Below, piece by piece: positions 26,583 through 37,951 of a DNA stretch of 64,000 nucleotides (its first letter is position 1; each line of letters opens with the position of its first letter). The notes under the pieces are model-generated. The model worked only from the letters and a program-made list of their open reading frames with translations, ran no database searches and was not told where the DNA came from. The translations under genes and the position numbers were made by a program. Origin of the DNA: Adineta vaga (taxonomy: Eukaryota; Animalia; Rotifera); NCBI GenBank assembly GCA_021613535.1, contig CP075495.1, forward strand, positions 15,128,001 to 15,192,000, in the 5' to 3' direction.

Positions 26583-27335
26583 TTATTTACAAACTAAATC
26601 TTTAAGATTACGATAATGCGTTCGTTGTTTAATCGAAAGATGTTCAATTGCATAACTTAACATAATACGTGGCATTTGTGCAGCATATTGATCGAGAAAC
26701 TTCAGAAGAATTTTCTTATTAATTCTTTTCCCTGTTTCACGTAACATCCATCCAACAGCTTTATGCATTAAAGGTTCACGATCATGTAAAAGTATTTTTG
26801 CCAGATCAAATGTTGTTGATCCATCTTTTCGTTTGATAAATGCAAATGTAGCAATAATAGCTGCTCGTCTTTCCCATAATTGAGAACTCGATGCTAGATC
26901 ATAGAGTAATTGACGTGATTGATCTTCAAGATAATTTCCAAGCAAATGTTCAGCTGAGCAATCAACCAAATCCCAATTATTTACTCGACCACGTTTCAAT
27001 GCTTTGACATAGAATGATGACAATTCAGCACGAAGTTTATCATCACGTGTTGTTGATCGACTTGCAGCAAGATATCGATAAACAAGAATGAAAAGAGCAG
27101 TTTGACGATGTTCATGTATAGGACTGTTGAAAAGATGATCGATTTCGATTAGAGATAGAGTAAGAAAACGTTTAGCGACTAGACGATTCGCAGGAACACG
27201 AACACCGATAAAAATATCACCGTGTGCATATTCACCTTCACCAGTTTTAAAGAAACGTTGCAAAATAGGAATTCGTTTTGAATCAGCTTGTTCAGCAAGT
27301 GCTAGTTTGACATCTTCTGCAGTTTCTGTACTCAT
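26583..27335 (-). CDS. alkD: DNA alkylation repair enzyme (AlkD-family HEAT-repeat glycosylase), bacterial type
   Basis: 'RFFKTGEGEYAHGDIFIGVRVP', 'VNNWDLVD', 'LWERR', 'HKAVGWMLRE' motifs; probable 5'UTR intron 27387-27336. Confidence 0.88.
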   Translation of the reverse strand: MSTETAEDVKLALAEQADSKRIPILQRFFKTGEGEYAHGDIFIGVRVPANRLVAKRFLTLSLIEIDHLFNSPIHEHRQTALFILVYRYLAASRSTTRDDKLRAELSSFYVKALKRGRVNNWDLVDCSAEHLLGNYLEDQSRQLLYDLASSSQLWERRAAIIATFAFIKRKDGSTTFDLAKILLHDREPLMHKAVGWMLRETGKRINKKILLKFLDQYAAQMPRIMLSYAIEHLSIKQRTHYRNLKDLVCK

Positions 27336-28146
27336 CTAAAATACATTTATCGAATAGATTTAAATATTCTTTCATTAACAAACATACATTTTGTTTATGT
27401 AATGATAAATTATACTGTAGTCGAATTAATCTTTGAGTGAAATATTTTAGAAGAATATCTTTTTGAAACATAAAATTTATTTATAACATAATCAATGTTT
27501 TCTAGAAAAAAGAGAAGTGTGAAAATCTTTTCGTAACTGTCATTTAATCAACAGAGTATATCAAATAGATTCTATTCTTTTTATTTTTAGTTCTTTATAT
27601 ATTGCCATTGATTGCACAATCCTATAGAAAGAATTCAACGATATCAGAATTCAGAATATGTTTCGAATAATAACTCTAAGTTTTAATGAACGATTAGTAT
27701 ATTCGTCTATAATTTAACCAATATTATCTTCGGACTATCCTTGAAGTTCTATCTATTCGAAATGAGAGATTTATCATAAAGTATTTTCCTCAAAATTATG
27801 TTTATGAAAATAAATTCACTTTTAATCATTGTAAAACGAAGTTAATCTAGATGTCGTTAGTTGTAGTTTGTGATTGATGATATATTTTTAACAAGTTGTT
27901 TGAATAATTTATAAGTGTTTCAATGCATTTAATAGAATTCGAATGGTTCCTTTACATTCAAACTAATTTGTTTATTCAAATAATTGATTTTATCAATATT
28001 TTTTTATGTTTCTTCATAATAATAACATGCCTGTATTCGTTTACGGTTGAATACCTTCTCATATCAATATTTATATCATTTGTATTTTCAAACATTTCAT
28101 TTTGTATCTATACGAAGAACACCAATATAACAAGTAACTTTCAACA

Positions 28147-29067
28147 ATGTACGCAAAAGATCATGGCTCAACAATTCGATTAATGACCTACAATATTCGA
28201 ATGGACACACCTGATGATGGAAGTAATCGGTGGGATCGTCGAAAAGATCGTGTATTTCGATTAATTCAACATTATCAACCTGATTTATTTGGAGTCCAAG
28301 AAGCCCTACCTAATCAACTTGCTGATCTACAAAATGCATTTCCATCTTTTGGTTGGTATGGTGTTGGTCGTGATGATGGTCAAAACAATGGAGAATTTTC
28401 TGCAATATTCTATCGTCGAAATGTATTTGATTTACAACAACAAGGAACATTTTGGTTATCTGAAACACCTGATACGCCTGGTAGTAAAGGGTGGGATGCA
28501 GCTCTACCACGTATTTGTACTTGGGTTATACTTCGACATCGCCGAACAAATCAAAAGATAGCTCATTTTAATACACATTTAGATCATGTTGGTCAAACTG
28601 CTCGTCGAGAAGGTGCTCGTCTAATTGTCTCACGTATTCAACAAATCACTCGATCGGCAATGCCAACAATTTTAACAGGTGATTTCAATACAGATCCACA
28701 ATCGGATGCGTATGGTGCAATTGTTGCAGAAAGTTCTTTACAAGATGCCAAACAAATAACAAAATCACCTCATCGTGGACCCGATGGTACTTGGTCAACA
28801 TTTAATACATGGCGTCGAATTGGACAACGATTAGATTATATTTTCGTTACACCTCAATACATTCGAGTATTAAATCATTCACATTCGACATTTTCAGAAA
28901 ATTTACGATATCCATCTGATCATTTACCAGTCATTGCAACTTTAGCTCTTCAAACGGGAAATCATAAACGAAGACATGTTAGAAAATATCCAAGATTCTA
29001 TCCACATCATTATTACCCATCAGCAGCAGTACCTCATTTTCCACATCGAAATTATTATTATTATTAA
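28147..29067 (+). CDS. Endonuclease/exonuclease/phosphatase (EEP) family protein, bacterial type
   Basis: 'MTYNIR', 'PDLFGVQE', 'GVGRDDG', 'TFWLSETP', 'NTHLDH', 'TGDFN', 'LDYIFV', 'PSDHLPV'; intronless. Confidence 0.9.
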   Translation: MYAKDHGSTIRLMTYNIRMDTPDDGSNRWDRRKDRVFRLIQHYQPDLFGVQEALPNQLADLQNAFPSFGWYGVGRDDGQNNGEFSAIFYRRNVFDLQQQGTFWLSETPDTPGSKGWDAALPRICTWVILRHRRTNQKIAHFNTHLDHVGQTARREGARLIVSRIQQITRSAMPTILTGDFNTDPQSDAYGAIVAESSLQDAKQITKSPHRGPDGTWSTFNTWRRIGQRLDYIFVTPQYIRVLNHSHSTFSENLRYPSDHLPVIATLALQTGNHKRRHVRKYPRFYPHHYYPSAAVPHFPHRNYYYY

Positions 29068-29150
29068 ACTTTTGGAATGAAAGCAATTTTTTTTCAATTG
29101 TTATTTTTTATTAAATAATTCTATAAAATTCGTCTGTAGTTTTTTCAGAA

Positions 29151-29448
29151 CTATATGATCGATTTAAAATTTACCACAAATTCAAATTCCTTACGAGCTT
29201 CGATTTACATAGAGAATGACACAATGTGGTATTCATTTTCAATCAGTCAGTCGATGTTTGTATTCAGATTTTATTAGAAGAAAATCATTGATGACACACA
29301 TGTTCTTCATGAAAATGCCCTAAGAAAGAAAGTACCAGGAAACTTCTAAGTCGCAATATATACTTGAAATTGAATAATATTATTGAAAATATACTTTAGG
29401 CTTGGGACCCATTGTAAATAATCACTCATGGAAGGTAAGTTAATATAT
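29151..29448 (+). repeat. Duplicate of 32578-32871 (upstream region and non-coding first exon of DED-jacalin gene A)
   Basis: Near-identical ~295 bp; both copies end just after GAAG/GTAAGT. Confidence 0.85.
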
Positions 29449-30093
29449 TTTCGCATTATTACTTAGTATTTCTAATATGGACGAATATTTTCCGTACGTT
29501 TGTTTTGATGCTACCATCATTAATCATTCAGTTGTAGTACGAGCTATAGTTGCCTAAAGAGACTGCGGCGTATATGATGAATAATCGTTTTCGCTTTAGT
29601 GTGAATAGCTCTATTCAACTTTTTTTGTTTTCTTATTGAGATTATAAAGTAGAAAATACCAAGGAGTTGTTGTAATCAGTCAACATTAACATTAAGAATG
29701 CTTCAATTAAATGAAGAATATAGAAGTGTTACATATAATCGGAAGTTGAATGAATTCTATTGAAGTAGTAATTCAATAGGGCTTGAAAAACGAGATTAAA
29801 AGTTATTCGAAAAACAAAAGACTAAAGATGAAATCATTTCTGAAATGAAAAAACAGTTTTTATTATTATGATTAAGATTTCTTTTCTGAAAATTCATTGA
29901 TTATCTCAGGTTAACTATTTTGAGACTCAAATGAAAATATCTTCACGATTCATTACGTTCAGATTTTACAACGTTATTACATCATCGTAATAGAATCTGT
30001 TAACAAGATAATCGAGATGGTTTAGAATCATATCAATTCTTGTATTCATCTCCTCTCTCAAGTAAAGATTGAATGAGTCCATCATATGGTGAT

Positions 30094-30398
30094 GAGTAGT
30101 GTAGAAATCGTTAATTCGATTCGAGTATTAAACTTCTTCAACTTCTAAAGTTTCAGTTTAGAATTCGAGTACTCGAGTTTTAAACTATGGTATTTCATAA
30201 GTATCCTAACATATGGTATCGTCGATTATTTTAAATGTGCATTTAGGTTATATAGTGTAAATGCTTTCAAGACCGTTATCAATCAATGTCTTTCCCGCTG
30301 AGTACGCTTTTTGTGTGTTCAGTGTGACAGAGAGGTCCAAAGCAATCTCCATTTGTTCTTTGCGTTCCAACATCCTCACCCACGCCCACACCCTCAAG
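30094..30398 (+). repeat. Dispersed repeat; internally deleted copy at 47033-47133
   Basis: 'GAGTAGTGTA.AAATCGTTAATTCGATTC...GAGTAC' and 'CCCACACCCTCAAGA' occur in both places; they are ~200 bp apart here and nearly adjacent at 47 kb. Confidence 0.7.
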
Positions 30399-30419
30399 AA
30401 AAATATTTTTGAGGAAGTA

Positions 30420-31532
30420 CCCATGTCGAGAAAATCGCCGCGATTTTTGCGATTTTAAAAAAAATCGGCGTAAAATCGCGATTAATCATATTTTTAAAAA
30501 AAATCGCCGATTAAATCATGTTTAATCATGATAATGATGAAAGAAACGATTTTTAAGAAATCGCCGATTAATCGCAACGATTAATCGTGATAGATTGGAA
30601 TTTTTTACGTCAGGTGTACGATTTTTCTTATATTACCTTAAGTTTGATATATTCATACATAATTTCTATTTTACATATATCAGATTATGTTTTTAGACAT
30701 TTAATTACAAGAAAAAAAATTATTGTTGAATTTGATGTCGTTAGTGTCGCGTTCATTTGGTTGGGTATTCATTATATAGACTAACGTCTCGTCTGTCGTC
30801 TATGGTCTTTGTAATAATTATTTCATTATGTATAGAAGAAAATTTGCTAAGTCTTAGAACACGACTTATTTATTGATTTCTTTTAGATTTTATCACTATA
30901 CTTTTGAATCAAGTTGAAGTTCCAGTATTAATAACAAGTGCTGAATCTGTAAGCATCATAGGCATAAATATATTCACTTTTCCTTCTAATTTTTTTTCTA
31001 ATTAGGTTCACAAATCGCGTATTAATCGAAGAAACTGATCGTTTTGAAATTCCAGCTGCAAAAACAGCATAGCGAAACTCTTTTTACTCTCCTTCTTTAT
31101 CTTAATATTTTTTTTGTATTATAACTATATTTTCTCGTTCATATCTCTACATGTGTTAATTGTAACTTTCTTTCTCGTTTTATTGTATATGTACTGTGAT
31201 CTTTCTCATGTGGTTTTTCTTTCCAAAATCAATTTAACTGTAACAGGCGTTCTAGTGAATAATTGTAGTTGAATAAAATATGATTTAAAAACCTAGCTAT
31301 ATCTATTCCATCAGCTTGTAGGAAAACTACCGATTAATCGCGATTATACCGAATATAATCGGCGATACTACTGCAGTAATACATTGAAAAATCAGCGATA
31401 AATCGTGATAAATCATGGTAATCGTCACAAATATCGTGAAAAATCGGCGATTAATCGCTGATTAATTGGACGATTATCGTTTCGATAAATCGCGATATAT
31501 CGCCAATTTTTGAGCGATTTTCATGACATGGG
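30420..31532. mobile_element. Non-autonomous TIR element, CMC/EnSpm-like (CCCATG termini)
   Basis: CCCATGTCGAGAAAATCGC ... GCGATTTTCATGACATGGG; TA on both flanks; subterminal AATCG(C)CGATT arrays. Confidence 0.82.
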
Positions 31533-31700
31533 TAACAGCGGATTTGTATTCCTCGACCTCGATTACCTCTGATGAATCATTGTCTGATGACTCGGGGTAG
31601 GTTTTCATCGATTTATAAGCTGCTTTCACCTGATTGGCTTGGACAAACAAACTTTAACGTTTTTTAACGCGCCTATAACCCTTTCTTTCAGAAAAGGGAA

Positions 31701-32166
31701 CAACAACAAAGAACATTTTGGTTATCTGAAACACCTGTACGCCTGGTAGTAAAGGGTGGGATGCAGCTCTACCACGTATTTGTACTTGGTTTATACTTCG
31801 ACATCGACGAACAAATCACTCGATCGGCAATTCCAACAATTTTAACAGACGATTTCAAAACCTCATCGTGGACCTGATGGTACTTGGTTAACATTTAATA
31901 CATGGCGTCGAATTGCACAACGATTAGATTATATTTTTGTTACATCTCAATACATTTGACATTTTCAGAAAATTTACGATATCCATCTGATCATTTACCA
32001 GTCATTGCAACTTTAGCTCTTCAAATAGGAAACCATCAACGAAGACATGTTAGAAAATATCGAAGATTGTATTCCCATCATTATTACCCATCAGCAGCAG
32101 TACCTTATTTCCCATATCGAAATTATTATTATTATTACACTTTTGGAATGAAAGCATTTTTTTTTC
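31701..32166 (+). pseudogene. Deleted, frameshifted duplicate of the EEP gene 3' part
   Basis: Aligns to 28435-29096 with three internal deletions, 1-nt indels, and the stop TAA changed to TAC. Confidence 0.9.
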
Positions 32167-32974
32167 AGAATAACAAAAATCAGTATGCATCCCTCAATTT
32201 TGTTTTATTTAAGGAATCTCAATGAAACATATTTCTTTAGTTTTTTTTCTGTACATGTTATTTATATCTCTTTTATTTTCGTCTGATGATTTAACACGTT
32301 TTATCCGTTTGTTCTTTCTGACGGCTCTATACATCAAAGCATATTATTCAGATTCTTTCTTCCTATACATGAAACCCAATGTCACGTCCTTCGAAGACAG
32401 TAACTATATCATAGTGATAAGCATAAGAAAATCATTTTCTTTAAAAGTCAATTAATTGATGAATATTATTACTATAGAGTATAAGAAATTGTTATCAAGG
32501 TAAGAAGAGGATAGGATTTTATTAATAGAGTTGCAGAGATTTATTATGCACTTCTATAACGTTGACGGCTTGTATCGCTATATGATCGATTTGAAATTTA
32601 CCACAAAATCAAATTTCCGACGAGCTTCGATTTACATAGAGAATGACACAATGTTATATTCATTTTCAATCAGTCAATCGATGTTTGTATTCAGATTTTA
32701 TTAGAAGAAAATCATTGATGACACACATGTTCTTCATGAAAATGCCCTAAGAAAGTACCAGAAAACTTCTAAGTCGCAATATATACTTGAAATTGAATAG
32801 AATTATTGAAAATATTCTTTAGGCTGGGGATCTATTGTAAATAATCATTCACGGAAGGTAAGTTAATATATACACATGAAATTAAAATGCTAAACAGAAT
32901 GCTTATCGATGTGATGAATAAATTTCTAAAAGAAAAAGAATCATTTGATGTATTTTGCGTCTTTTAGATGTTAA

Positions 32975-34556
32975 ATGGATAATCAGCATTTTCGTTCGAT
33001 TCTCCTAAAACTTCAAGATCGTTTAAGCGATAATGATCGTCAACGATTGCACTTCTTTCTGGGAAATGACATCCCTAGAAGAATACGTGATAATCCAACA
33101 TTAAATGGCACTCTGAATTTATTAGAATGCCTTTTTGATCAAGACAAAATCAATGAACAAGATTTCACGTTTCTTATAAATGCTTTTACACAAATTCAAT
33201 GTGTTGACGCAGTTAAACTTCTCAAAGGTACATCCTATCCCTATTATTCATGGATAGATAGAACTGCTATTTAAGTATTAAGAGATGACAAAAAGGGCAT
33301 CGTACGTTTATACTACACATTATTACTAATTATCAGTTAGTCGTAATAGCTATTTTTAGTACAAGAGTATCATCCTAGAGCTATACTCTTTTGGAATGAA
33401 TATATCGATCTGTCGTCAAGAAGCAAAAGAAATTGTCTTTTTGACATAGAATATAAACAACAAATGCAAATAGGTTGCTGTAATCAATCAAAACTAACAG
33501 CGATAATGCCTCCATTAAGTGAAGAAGTTATGATGGATCAAGATTTTGATAAAAGTGCTTCAGTTAATCGTAAGTTTAAATCCTAAATACAATTTCAAAT
33601 TTGTTTAATTTTAATCGAATAGTTTTAGGACAAACCAGTAGTTTTGGTAATTATAATCAAATAATAAATACTACTAGTACAAATATAAATCCTGTAACAA
33701 TTACTGTTGATAATGGAGAATCTTCATCGTCAAAATCGAAAGAAAATCGTTTGTTTTATTTTTCATTAAAAACGGTTCTATATTTCTTTTTTATTATTTT
33801 ATTATTATTAACGATTATGTTTGTTTTATTATTATTATTAAGCAAATTTATAGTTAAAACCAATTCAATGGATCTGCAAAAAAATTATGAAAATCTCTTA
33901 ATAGAACAAAAACGTAAAGATGAAATTATGTTTCAAATGAGAAAACAAATAGAAAATGCATCGATTGAACAACAGAATCACAAAAGTAAAGAAAAGAATA
34001 TTCGTTTTCTTTTTTTTTGTAAATATATCTTTTAGGTAATTTATTAATCTTCTTGGGTCAACAATTCGGTGATTCGAATGAGAAATCATTTGATGATTCT
34101 CTTCGTTCGGACTTTATAAGTTCTTATTTTTTAAATGGAATCTATGCGCAAGATGATGGTCATGGTTTCGAATCATATCAATTCTTCTATTTATCTCCTC
34201 ATGATGATCGAAGTGTGATTGACTCAAATCGTCATGGAAATCAAACGGTTGATTTTAGATACAAATTTTATTTTTCAAAAAATGAAAAAATCAACAAAGT
34301 TGAAGGAAGATTAGTTAAAAAGGATATCCCTTTGCCGAATGGAACGAACCGTTCAATGACAATTATCACAGGACTACGTTTTTTTTCAAATGAACACCGA
34401 GCAAGTCCGTCGTATCATTATGAATTAGGTGAAGAATTTAGTGAAGAACATAAAGGATATACATTAGGATATGTTACAGGAAGATCAGCGGAATATCTTG
34501 AACAAGTGCAATTTGTTTGGTATCGAACACTTAGTCAAAACTCGGATGAAGATTAA
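32975..34556 (+). CDS. DED - transmembrane - coiled coil - jacalin-like lectin protein A; exons 32975-33227, 33450-33569, ~33623-33985, 34036-34556 (~418 aa)
   Basis: N-terminal DED-like 'FRSILLKLQDRLSDNDRQRLHFF...LLECLFDQDKINEQDFTFLINAF..IQC'; TM 'VLYFFFIILLLLTIMFVLLLLL'; jacalin motifs 'IITGLRFFSN' and 'GYTLGYVTGRSAEYLEQVQFVW'. All splice phases are consistent; 5'UTR intron 32858-32967. Confidence 0.82.
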
Positions 34557-35128
34557 TCTGAATACATCTATTTACATTTTTTCTTTTTTCTGTTCTATTA
34601 TAATAAATGCAATATTGTTAAGAATTATACAAAAAAATAACAAGTTGAACTATTCTATTATTAGGCTAAATATTGATTTAACTTTACTATTTTAGTAAAT
34701 CTCGATGGTTGTTTTCTAAAAAATATATAAGAAGGAACATGTGTCTATCTTTTCCTCATCAGCATAATATGTTTTAAATAAGAACAAATGTTAAGATTAC
34801 TTAAAACTTGTAAATATGATGTGTCTTCATTTGGTTTGTACTTTCGACTAAGCGATATCTATTGAGATTTTATCTATTCTATTCATTCTTCATATCGTGC
34901 CATTCGTTTGTCTCGAATAATATATAAAAACGAAAAACAACAACCCTTCTTTCTTATATTCATTCCATTCTTGATGTTTTTTATGCAGATAATAAAAAAT
35001 TGATCAGTTAGATTGAAACAATTCAAGTTAATCCTAAGATTTCTGGTGCTTTTCTATCAATGAATAATTGAACACATGGTAAATGTTCAATCATAGTCTG
35101 ACGTTGAATAATGTATGATTATAGATAA

Positions 35129-36631
35129 ATGACAACGAGTCAAGCAAGAGTTGATAATTTACGTAGTGTTCTTGTTCAAGTTCCCGGTCTCCTCAGTGAG
35201 AATGATCGATATAGTTTTCATTTTTTAATTGGAACATATGTACCACGAGTAATTCGCGAGAATCCAACTTATCAGGGAACATTTGCACTTATTGAATCAT
35301 TATTTGATCAAAATATTATTAATGATGATGATATTACGTTTCTTATTGATGCATTTAAAACGATTCGATGTTTTACAATTGCAAACATTTTAGAAAGTAA
35401 GCTTGTTTTTTTTTACATCATAATTCTTCATTGTAGTATGTTTTTTTCTTCTTCAATATTTTAGATTATATAAATCAAATTAAATCAGATTCAAAACATG
35501 ATTCTAAACAAATAGTTCGATCACTCATTGATGAACTTAATTCAGATCACATTGATAAAATTATTGTTCCAAAAAGACGTGAGTAATCTTAAATAGAAGC
35601 CACTAAAACAATTCTTCTCTCTCATTCAATCAGCTCCCGGATCTCCATCAAATCATAAAAAGAAATCAAAATTATCTGTAGATTCAACTAAAATTACCAG
35701 TGAAACCCGAGACTATTTATCATCGAGAAGAAAAATCTATTCTATTTTAACTTTTCTATCAATCATTGGATGTATTGTAATAGTTGCTATTTCAACAAGA
35801 AAAACTAATCTGAGAAATGCTACACAAACAACAGAAGATTTCTCAACAACAACAAAAATATATGGAAACGTGAAAAAAGCAGTTAATATTCCCGTTGAAA
35901 AGCGAAATTCAACTTTATACAGACAGGTATTTGGTACATCAAACAATGAAGTTTTATCAACATCAACAAAAAAAGACGAAAGTGCGAAAACAACTCATAG
36001 TGTTCCTATTGAATATGAAAATAGAATTAAATACGGACGGGTATTTGTTAAATCAAACGTTAAAGATTTATCAACATCAGCAAAAAGAGACGAAAATGCG
36101 AAAATAACACTTAGTATTCCAAATGGAGATAGAAATCCAATTAAATATGGAGAGGTATTTGGTAAATCAAACGGTGAAGATTTTGATGATAAGGATATAA
36201 ATAGTTTTAAACCCTTATCACATTATCTTCATGGAATCCGTGTATACGATAATAAGACTGGTTTAGAATCGTATCAATTTATATATATACTTAGTCCCAA
36301 CGATCAAAATCCTATTGTATCAAATCGTTATGGAAATCAAACGAACCTTCTCGACGATGAAGATAATGTTCCAAAAGATGAAAAATTTACCAAAGTTCAA
36401 GGAAGACTAATCAATAAGAATATCACTTTAACGAATGAAACGAATCATTCAATTACGATTATTACAGGACTTCGTTTTCGTTCAAATAAAGATCGACTAA
36501 CTTCATTGTATGATTATGAATTAGGTGAAGAATTTAGTGAAGAATATGAAGGATATACATTAGGATATGTTACAGGAAGATCAGCGGAATATCTTGAACA
36601 AGTGCAATTTGTTTGGTATCGAACAATGTAA
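35129..36631 (+). CDS. DED - transmembrane - repeat stalk - jacalin-like lectin protein B; exons 35129-35396, 35465-35578, 35634-36631
   Basis: Paralogous DED exon; TM 'IYSILTFLSIIGCIVIVAIS'; same jacalin C-terminus; phases consistent. Confidence 0.82.
35835..36175 (+). repeat. Three 114-bp (38-aa) coding tandem repeats in the stalk of protein B
   Basis: TT(A/C)TCAACA anchors at 35840, 35954 and 36068; units end 'YRQVFGTSN', 'YGRVFVKSN', 'YGEVFGKSN'. Confidence 0.8.
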
Positions 36632-37369
36632 AAAAAATCTAATGAAGATTAGTTACTGAATTTTTCTTTGTATACTTATTGAATTCATATAAAAATTATA
36701 ATAAATAATGTTATGATTCCCATTTCTTTTAATTACATATAATATTTTTCTTTAAGTAATCACTAACTACCATTGATTAGATGAAAGATTTTACTTATTG
36801 ATGATAACGAATTAAATTCATGAAGATCAAAGAATACTGTAAGGTAGCATGCACAATTATTTCATACATTCTTCATAGAGATAAGATTCCTCACTGAATT
36901 TTATAATATATACTTATTTATTCTACTCAGATATTTTCCTTTTTATCGCATATCCATTTGTTCTTGATGATTCTGCTTCTTTTCGTAGATTGTTTGAATT
37001 TTATTAGTTAGTTGATTTTCCTTTCTGAATAAATTCATCAAGAAATCTGCCGGAAATATTCAGTTTTAACTATTTTTCATAATGTACTTGAAGTTAATAT
37101 ATCAAATTCTAAGAACAAATAAAACTTAAAATCTACGACTTTCAATTCAAGTTCGTGAATTCAATCATGTATAAATATCTGACATCATTTTTTTGTTTTG
37201 TTTTTGAAGAATTTTATTAAGAATATAAGATCAAAAAGTGAAAAGAAAAAGTCGACAAATCGATGAATAAAATACAAACAAAAGAGAGGAAAACGAAAAG
37301 AATAATTATTCATTCATTCATTTCTCTCATTTTGTTGTTGTTCTTCTTCATTTGATTGTGTTCTTGCAC

Positions 37370-37951
37370 TTAACAGAATCGATCGAGACGGTATCCTTTG
37401 ACTGAAAAGTCAAACATTTCACCAACAATATCACGTGATAAGTTTGTATATTTGTCACCTTCCATCATAGCAGCTTCAGCTAATTCAGTTGTTTCAAGTT
37501 TGTATGTACGGAATTGAAATGTACCAGTGATTTGTTTGAAGTTTTCCATGTTCAAACGAATGATGTTGTGATTTAAAGCCATACTTTCTGGTGATTTGAC
37601 TGTTGAAAACATGAATCCGAAATCTTTCATTTCAATTGAACTAATTTGTTTAGCATCACATCGCCATTTACCATTGAGATCACCGCGTGGTTGGAAGAAT
37701 AATTCGCTGGCTTCGAGTTGTTTGAAACCAGTTTGATCGTTTCCACTCCATGTATAACTTCCATCAGCACGCATTGTCAAGATCATGTACCATGAGTGTT
37801 TTGGTGAAGTCATATGTAAATAATACATACCAGCAAATCGTGAATAACATGTTGGAACAGCTGAACATGTCATTGGTTCTTCAGTAACTGGTGTTGTTGC
37901 TTGAGCCAAAGCAAATAAGGCAACAGCAATGATAACTGCAGCTTTGAACAT
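37370..37951 (-). CDS. Secreted 193-aa protein of unknown function, copy 1
   Basis: Signal peptide MFKAAVIIAVALFALAQA; intronless; TATA at 38028-38035; four Cys. Confidence 0.85.
   Translation of the reverse strand: MFKAAVIIAVALFALAQATTPVTEEPMTCSAVPTCYSRFAGMYYLHMTSPKHSWYMILTMRADGSYTWSGNDQTGFKQLEASELFFQPRGDLNGKWRCDAKQISSIEMKDFGFMFSTVKSPESMALNHNIIRLNMENFKQITGTFQFRTYKLETTELAEAAMMEGDKYTNLSRDIVGEMFDFSVKGYRLDRFC

Noticed and set aside
27923-28183. Signal-peptide-like ORF upstream of EEP
   Set aside because: Different frame from EEP with no convincing intron; hydrophobicity is expected from T-rich DNA.
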